IMG/VR virus record: IMGVR_UViG_3300020045_006357
Location: 1 to 39,388 of that record
Direction: 5' to 3' (one strand)
DNA length: 39,388 bases
From: a virus
Taxonomy: Duplodnaviria > Caudoviricetes
Made by a program: the position numbers and the translations under genes. Of this stretch, positions 34,209 through 39,388 are shown one piece after another (positions within the stretch are counted from its first letter, which is position 1; every line of letters begins with the position of its first letter). The notes below the pieces were generated by a model, which was not told the DNA's origin, ran no database searches, and saw nothing but the letters and a program-made list of their open reading frames with translations.

Positions 34209-34556
34209 ATGGAGCAACTAATCGAAAACGTAAAGCAATGGGGAATTGAAAAGGGCATAACCGGGCCGAATGGCAAGGGGGCGCTACTCGGGCAGTTATC
34301 GAAAACCCAGGAAGAATTGACCGAGACGCGGGACGCCGCGGTGTTGGTCATGGCCGCAAAACGATGCGAGGCAATTATTGATGAAGTCATGGAAACTCGG
34401 TGCCTTATGGACGGCATCGGCGATTGCGCTGTGACGCTCATCCTCGCCGCGGAAATGGCCGGGCTGGATTTCATCGAATGCCTGCAAACCGCCTATGACG
34501 AGATCAAGGGGCGCACGGGCAAAATGGAGAACGGGATTTTCATCAAAAACAAATAA
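34209..34556 (+). CDS. MazG-like nucleotide pyrophosphohydrolase
   Basis: KTQEELTE, DGIGD, AYDEIKGRTGKMENGIFIK. Confidence 0.85.
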   Translation: MEQLIENVKQWGIEKGITGPNGKGALLGQLSKTQEELTETRDAAVLVMAAKRCEAIIDEVMETRCLMDGIGDCAVTLILAAEMAGLDFIECLQTAYDEIKGRTGKMENGIFIKNK

Positions 34557-34561
34557 CACAT

Positions 34562-34918
34562 ATGCAATCAATCAAGCTCGACATGAACAAATTCATCGCC
34601 GCGCAGTTCTTTAAATCGAAGTCCGGCGTGGACCATATCGCGATACCTCTCGACGCCAACAATATGTATCGAGGCGACAAGGGGCTATATTGCTCGCTAA
34701 CGCTACACGACAAGCCGAACGAATACGGAGACGATGGATTCGCGACCGTCGATCTAGGCAAGGACCGACGCATGGCCGGCGAGAAAGGCCCGATCCTTGG
34801 AAACTGGCGTCACATCGGCGAGCGCCAGCCCGCAAGGTCGCCGAATCAGAACGGGGCGAAACCTCCGCTCTCGGCGATGGATGATAGCTTGGATGAATCG
34901 GACACTATCCCATTTTGA
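34562..34918 (+). CDS. Putative single-stranded DNA-binding protein
   Basis: PILGNW motif and acidic C-terminal DESDTIPF tail. Confidence 0.7.
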   Translation: MQSIKLDMNKFIAAQFFKSKSGVDHIAIPLDANNMYRGDKGLYCSLTLHDKPNEYGDDGFATVDLGKDRRMAGEKGPILGNWRHIGERQPARSPNQNGAKPPLSAMDDSLDESDTIPF

Positions 34919-34921
34919 TCT

Positions 34922-35143
34922 ATGAGCGACACACCAATGACGGACGCCGCGATCTACCCCGGCCAGTGGACAATCTTGGCCACGAAAGCAAAAGCCATTG
35001 AGCGGAAACTCAACGCCCGCATCGGCGATCTTGAATCAACGATCCGCGAAACGCTGATGGAAAACCTGCACCTGGCGGACGGCGACGACTGCACGCTGAA
35101 ACGGCTGAAGGACGCGATCAACTTTGAACTGCCCAACGAATGA
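34922..35143 (+). CDS. Hypothetical protein (SDTPMTDA)
   Basis: 73 aa ORF in operon. Confidence 0.6.
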   Translation: MSDTPMTDAAIYPGQWTILATKAKAIERKLNARIGDLESTIRETLMENLHLADGDDCTLKRLKDAINFELPNE

Positions 35144-35331
35144 AAACACCCATAAAAACACTGCCCGCCGACGTAGCCCGCTGCGACGGATCCGGCGACG
35201 ATGAAGGATGGCGCGAGGGATGTGAATCCTGCCTGCGCCGGACTGCACCGAGGGGATTCATGCCGCCCATGATTCTGCCGCCGCTGATCATCGTGTTCGA
35301 GTGCGAATATTTAATCGAGGAAACGAAATGA
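35140..35331 (+). CDS. Cys-rich small protein (DVARCDG...CLRR)
   Basis: 63 aa, coupled. Confidence 0.6.
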   Translation: MKTPIKTLPADVARCDGSGDDEGWREGCESCLRRTAPRGFMPPMILPPLIIVFECEYLIEETK

Positions 35332-35483
35332 AAACACCCAACGAAATGACGCGGGCCGAACTAATCGAGCACGCGGCGCATCTGGAAAGGATGATTCGAG
35401 CGCTGAAAGAGACGGTCAAACGAGCGCTTGAGACTGTCGCGGAACTGAAGCGGCAAGCAATCCAGCAATCAGAGCAACCATGA
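35328..35483 (+). CDS. Small coiled-coil protein
   Basis: ATG 35328, coupled. Confidence 0.5.
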   Translation: MKTPNEMTRAELIEHAAHLERMIRALKETVKRALETVAELKRQAIQQSEQP

Positions 35484-35592
35484 AATCGGCTTTTCGGTTA
35501 CCCGCGAGGGTATAGGATTAGCCCGTCAAGGTTACGGCCCTGGCAACTGGAACGGAAAGCACCCGGCCCATGAACATCACTTTTCAAACTTT

Positions 35593-35657
35593 CCCCGCTC
35601 GGGGCGCGATTCTGTCCGAAGTGACAGGTGCTAATCGCATTCCGGGCGGGGCTTTTT
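35593..35657 (+). promoter_or_regulatory. Long hairpin/attenuator-like element before HNH gene
   Basis: CCCCGCTCGG...GCGATT CTGTC/GACAG AATCGC...CCGGGCGGGG followed by CTTTTT. Confidence 0.55.
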
Positions 35658-35664
35658 ATTTTCC

Positions 35665-36210
35665 ATGAATAAGCTATCGAAGGAGAGAATTGAGGAGGTG
35701 TTGAGCTATGACCCAACAACGGGGCTATTCACTTGGATCGCTCCTAGTGGACCAAGGGTCAGGCAGGGTGATCTAGCTGGAACGGTCAGCGGTCACGGAT
35801 ACAGATCGATTTATATCGACGGCATCAAATTTAGGGCGCACAGGCTGGCGTGGTTCCTCATGACGGGTCAGGTGCCAGAGCAGGTTGACCACATAAATAG
35901 AGAAAGGGACGACAATCGGATATCTAATCTAAGGGCTGCCACAGCGTCGCAAAACAGATTCAATACCGTGGCGCACAGGGATAGCGGAACCGGCGCAAAA
36001 AATGTTTACCGCGTTAAAAGAGGAAATTGCGAGAGGTGGAAAGTCGCGATGATGGTAAAGGGTAAGACCATCAGGCTGGGCAGCTTTAAAACACAGGAAG
36101 ATGCCGAGATCGCGGCTTCCAAAGCCAGGGAAACCCACCACGGCGAATTTGCGAATCACGGACGATCTGGGATTGCACCGATGGCGGAGGAGGCATCACC
36201 CACCAAGTGA
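35665..36210 (+). CDS. HNH endonuclease with AP2-like domain
   Basis: YDPTTG, AHRLAW, VDHINRERDDNRISNLR, LGSFKT...HGEFA. Confidence 0.92.
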   Translation: MNKLSKERIEEVLSYDPTTGLFTWIAPSGPRVRQGDLAGTVSGHGYRSIYIDGIKFRAHRLAWFLMTGQVPEQVDHINRERDDNRISNLRAATASQNRFNTVAHRDSGTGAKNVYRVKRGNCERWKVAMMVKGKTIRLGSFKTQEDAEIAASKARETHHGEFANHGRSGIAPMAEEASPTK

Positions 36211-36929
36211 GAATCAGGACCATAAAACCGGAGTTTTTCCTTCACGAAGGACTGTTTGAATTGGAGCATGAAAGCTCGCTTCCGGTTCGCTTGGCATTCA
36301 CCGGACTCTGGTGCATTGCCGACAGGGAGGGGCGCTTCAAGTGGGAGCCAAGGAAGATCGGGGTGCAGGTATTGCCTTACGACTCCCTCGACTTTTCACG
36401 CGTGCTCGACGCGTTAACAACGCGTGGATTTGTTCGAAAGTATTCCGTTGATTCCGTCGAATATGGATGGATCCCGAGCTTTTCCCGCCATCAGGTGATT
36501 AACAACCGCGAGAGGCCGTCAGAGCTTCCCGAGCCTACGGAATACGACATCTGCGACGCGTGCCCTACGCGTGAACCACGCGTGCCCCACGCCGGAAAAG
36601 CGGAAGGGAAGGGAAGGGAACAGGAAAGGAAGGGAACAGGAAAGGAAGCTGAAGATGAAGAGCGGCAGCATCCCTTGGATTTTGAAGAACCAAAGGCAGT
36701 TAAATTCAACCCGAACCGGATAGCTAAATTTGAGGAAGTCCTGAAGCTGGGGCGGGGGCAGCTACCGCCAGTCTCTGACGAGTGCTGTGAGAAGTTTTTC
36801 GACCGCATGGAGGGCGATGGCTGGATTAACAAGCAGGGGTTCCCTCTGGCTGACTGGCGACCCCGCTTCCGTGAATGGGCGAACGCATGGGTCAGTAATT
36901 CAAACTCCCCAAACCGGAAATCCAAATGA
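36207..36929 (+). CDS. Replication initiator protein
   Basis: MRIRTIKPEFF...GLWCIADREGR N-terminus; upstream of DnaB; internal iteron-like repeats. Confidence 0.8.
   Translation: MRIRTIKPEFFLHEGLFELEHESSLPVRLAFTGLWCIADREGRFKWEPRKIGVQVLPYDSLDFSRVLDALTTRGFVRKYSVDSVEYGWIPSFSRHQVINNRERPSELPEPTEYDICDACPTREPRVPHAGKAEGKGREQERKGTGKEAEDEERQHPLDFEEPKAVKFNPNRIAKFEEVLKLGRGQLPPVSDECCEKFFDRMEGDGWINKQGFPLADWRPRFREWANAWVSNSNSPNRKSK
36398..36648 (+). repeat. Putative replication origin: ACGCGT iterons plus purine-rich tandem repeat
   Basis: ACGCGT at 36398/36409/36420 and 36556/36567/36578 (11-bp spacing); GGAAGGGAACAGGAAA x2 at 36612-36643. Confidence 0.65.
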
Positions 36930-38290
36930 GCGACGACATCACCCGACCATTCCCGCACGCTGTCGGTCCCGAGAAGTCAATCCTCTCATCGATGCTGCAA
37001 GACCCGCAGGAGTTCATTCCTGCCGCGATCGATGAGGGTCTGACCGCCGCGCATTTCTACCTGCCGAACCACGCGATTCTGTTCGATGTGATTTCTGACA
37101 AATTCAGAACCGGCGAGGTGATCGAGCTGGTTTCGCTGGCTCAAAACTTGAACGACTGCGGAAAGCTCGACCAGTGCGGAGGCCCATCGGCAATATCCGA
37201 CGTTTACACCTACGCGGCCGGCTCCGCCCATTTCCGGCACCACCTGGAGATGGTCCGGTCGAAATACGTGATGCGGTCGATTCTCAACCTGTGCTCAACA
37301 ACCACAGATGCCGTTTTCAACTCACCGGACGAGGTGCGGGAGGCGCTTGCAGAGTTCGAGCGCGGTGTGACTGCCATCGCGGCCATTGCAAGCGGCTCTG
37401 AGGCATCCCTGACAACGCTGCAAATCCTCCGGGAATCGTTCGAGGAATTCGAGCGGCGGATGAAGGGCGGCGAGGGCGCCATCGGGCTGCCGACATTCCC
37501 GGCGCTTGACCGGAAAATCCGCGGGTTGCATCCGGGTCGGATGTATGTCCCCGGCGCTTACCCAGAAGGCGGCAAGTCAACGTTTTGCTCTGAGATCATC
37601 GCGAACCTGGTGATCAGCGGCGTGCCATGCGCCTATCTGCCGCTCGAAGGAACGGAAAAAGACCTGATGACGCGGATGATCATCCAGGCGGCAGGAATCC
37701 CAGCACAGGCCTACACTGACCCGATGGGATACGCTCGGGAAAATGGAGGGCCGGAAATGTCGAAAATGGGAATGCAGCGAATCCAGCGAGCGATTCAGGC
37801 GCTGGCAAAAGCCCCGCTTCACATCCGCCGGCCACAGGGCAACAAGCTGACATCGATCATTTCAATCATCCGCAGATTCCACCGGGAACACGGAATCAAG
37901 GTGGTCGTGATCGACTACGCGCAACGGATCAAGGGCAGCAAGTCCGAGAGTCGCGAGATCGAGCAGACCGAATGCAGCAACGCGATTCAGACGCTCGCTG
38001 GAGAGCTTGGGATTGCGATCATCGTTCCGAGCCAGCTCAACGACGACGGGGACACCAAGCACGGCAAGGTCTGGCAGGAGGATGCCGACGTTGTGCTGCG
38101 GATCGTCCAGGACCGGAACAAGGAGTCGGACACCTACAAGATGCACCGATACCTAGCGATCGACAAGGACCGGCACAATGGATCCGGCGGGCAGTCGGTT
38201 GGGCTAATTCTCGACCGCGAGCACATTAAATTCGTGGAGGGCGAAGACAAGACGGAATCGAGCGCCAAGAAGCCGAAATGGACACGATGA
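36926..38290 (+). CDS. dnaB: Replicative DNA helicase, DnaB-like
   Basis: N-terminal PHAVGPEKSIL; Walker A GAYPEGGKST, VVVIDY, SQLN, EDADV, KDRHNG. Confidence 0.93.
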   Translation: MSDDITRPFPHAVGPEKSILSSMLQDPQEFIPAAIDEGLTAAHFYLPNHAILFDVISDKFRTGEVIELVSLAQNLNDCGKLDQCGGPSAISDVYTYAAGSAHFRHHLEMVRSKYVMRSILNLCSTTTDAVFNSPDEVREALAEFERGVTAIAAIASGSEASLTTLQILRESFEEFERRMKGGEGAIGLPTFPALDRKIRGLHPGRMYVPGAYPEGGKSTFCSEIIANLVISGVPCAYLPLEGTEKDLMTRMIIQAAGIPAQAYTDPMGYARENGGPEMSKMGMQRIQRAIQALAKAPLHIRRPQGNKLTSIISIIRRFHREHGIKVVVIDYAQRIKGSKSESREIEQTECSNAIQTLAGELGIAIIVPSQLNDDGDTKHGKVWQEDADVVLRIVQDRNKESDTYKMHRYLAIDKDRHNGSGGQSVGLILDREHIKFVEGEDKTESSAKKPKWTR

Positions 38291-38324
38291 GAGCAGGGCG
38301 GATTTTTTCCAACAACAGACAACC

Positions 38325-38498
38325 ATGAGTAAATTAGCAGAACTGAAACAACAGCTTGAAATCGCACAGGAGGGATTGGCTGAGGCTGAGACGTATGGAG
38401 CAAGGGAGCATTTCCAGCATAGATGCTGGGAGATTTACGAGCAGATTCAAGAGCAGATTCAAGAGATCGAGAACGAACAAGCCGAAGTGGAACAATGA
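38325..38498 (+). CDS. Small Glu/Gln-rich protein (57 aa, not in ORF track)
   Basis: MSKLAELKQQLEIAQ...; stop overlaps ATG 38495. Confidence 0.55.
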   Translation: MSKLAELKQQLEIAQEGLAEAETYGAREHFQHRCWEIYEQIQEQIQEIENEQAEVEQ

Positions 38499-38851
38499 GC
38501 ACAAAACCAACAGGAACAGAAGCGGGAGTCTGCGAGGACATCGCAAGGCGTCAGCAGGCAGGCATGAGCAAATACGGAACGACCGTCGCGGACAATCCGC
38601 TGGAGTTGCGGGAGTGGCTGAATCACGCTTACGAGGAATGCCTAGACCAAGCGGTTTATCTCAAGCGGGCGATGGATGAGATGGGGGTATTACCGCGAGG
38701 CATCGACCAGGACAGCATGCGGCACCTTGCCGGCGAGCTAATCGCGGCAATCCGCGTCAACGTCCTGCGCGGGACATTCGCAACAGCGACGGTCGAGCAG
38801 GTTGATGAATGGATCAAGCCGTTTGTGGCCAGGCAGGAGGTGAAGCCGTGA
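38495..38851 (+). CDS. Conserved phage protein (KYGTT...WLNHAYEECLDQAVYLKR)
   Basis: Recognisable motif, possibly a MazG/dATP-pyrophosphatase-like helical fold. Confidence 0.75.
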   Translation: MSTKPTGTEAGVCEDIARRQQAGMSKYGTTVADNPLELREWLNHAYEECLDQAVYLKRAMDEMGVLPRGIDQDSMRHLAGELIAAIRVNVLRGTFATATVEQVDEWIKPFVARQEVKP

Positions 38852-38896
38852 GTGCGGGGAAGGGGGATTTGCAATTAATCAGCAAATGCATTCGGC

Positions 38897-38925
38897 TTGC
38901 AAAAACAATCGCGGAATGATAGGAA
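38897..38925 (+). promoter_or_regulatory. Putative leaderless promoter
   Basis: TTGCAA-17-TAGGAA, 5 nt before ATG 38931. Confidence 0.5.
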
Positions 38926-38930
38926 GGGAC

Positions 38931-39164
38931 ATGCCAAGCGAGACAAAGAAGAAGGCGAGCTACAGACGGCGCACGGATCCGGGGAATCGTGGGGTGGTCA
39001 GCCACAGGAACGAGCGATGTCAGTCCAGCGTCAAGGCGGGCCGCAAGGGGTGCAGCGAGTTCTGGGAAGAGCGCGGGATGGATCAGCCATCGGTGAGCTA
39101 CTCGATGCCGATGGGGGGAATCGCCGAGCAGGTCAAGCGATGGGTGAGTAGAGGGAAGCGGTGA
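38931..39164 (+). CDS. Basic hypothetical protein
   Basis: ATG 38931 in ORF 38886..39164. Confidence 0.45.
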   Translation: MPSETKKKASYRRRTDPGNRGVVSHRNERCQSSVKAGRKGCSEFWEERGMDQPSVSYSMPMGGIAEQVKRWVSRGKR

Positions 39165-39388
39165 GCGATCAATACGTCAGAATCCAGAGAAATTCTACCA
39201 AACGTGTCAAGCTTTATCCAAGTATCACACAGTCAAGAGGTTGTAGCGATTCTCTGGCTTCGTTGCATTATGCACGAATCTGTTAATCTAACCTTGAAAT
39301 CTATCGGTCTAGCACCTACCCCGTTTTTCTCTTGGTAGTTTACGATTTGTTTCATTGGTTAAAAAACCGAGGATCGCCGCAAAGCCAT

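Larger units (their letters stand above)
1..39388. mobile_element. Temperate tailed phage genome (lambda-like head module, siphovirus-like tail), excised form, terS apparently outside the window
   Basis: Continuous phage modules (terminase, portal, capsid, tail, lysis, integrase, replication); phage genes on both sides of attP; no host housekeeping genes. Confidence 0.95.

Noticed and set aside
1-39388. CRISPR array, diversity-generating retroelement, retron or stop-codon recoding
   Set aside because: No regularly spaced repeats, no reverse transcriptase motifs or TR/VR pair seen, and standard code gives dense intact genes
39165-39388. AT-richer end region as cos site or terS start
   Set aside because: Position is suggestive, but no cos motif, terminal repeat with the window start, or terS ORF can be supported from the sequence

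Overview
The whole window is a nearly complete temperate tailed-phage genome (siphovirus-like, lambda-type head module) in its excised, attP-intact form. A Verrucomicrobiota-like host is inferred but not demonstrated. Gene order on +: terminase large subunit, portal, S49 protease, scaffold, capsid, tail (with a G/GT-type -1 frameshift), tail fibre, lysis, an ncRNA/tRNA-Gly unit and early genes. A minus-strand lysogeny block follows (tyrosine integrase, attP matching the 3' half of tRNA-Thr(TGT), divergent ribbon-helix-helix regulators). A long + operon then covers recombination and replication (SSAP-like, YqaJ exonuclease, RuvC-like, SSB-like, HNH-AP2, initiator with 11-bp-spaced iterons, DnaB). 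Most notable: (1) two tandem integron-type gene cassettes with canonical attC sites sit between attP and int, with no IntI gene; their ORFs run antisense, start inside the attC loops and are translationally coupled through the attC. (2) A self-contained promoter / tRNA-like RNA / terminator unit whose RNA has intact acceptor, D and T arms but no anticodon arm. (3) A repeated leaderless late-promoter motif TTG(A/C)CA-TTGCG-N9-CGCA. (4) Intergenic T-loop hairpins and other structured RNAs. All calls come from reading the sequence by eye; no database searches were run.
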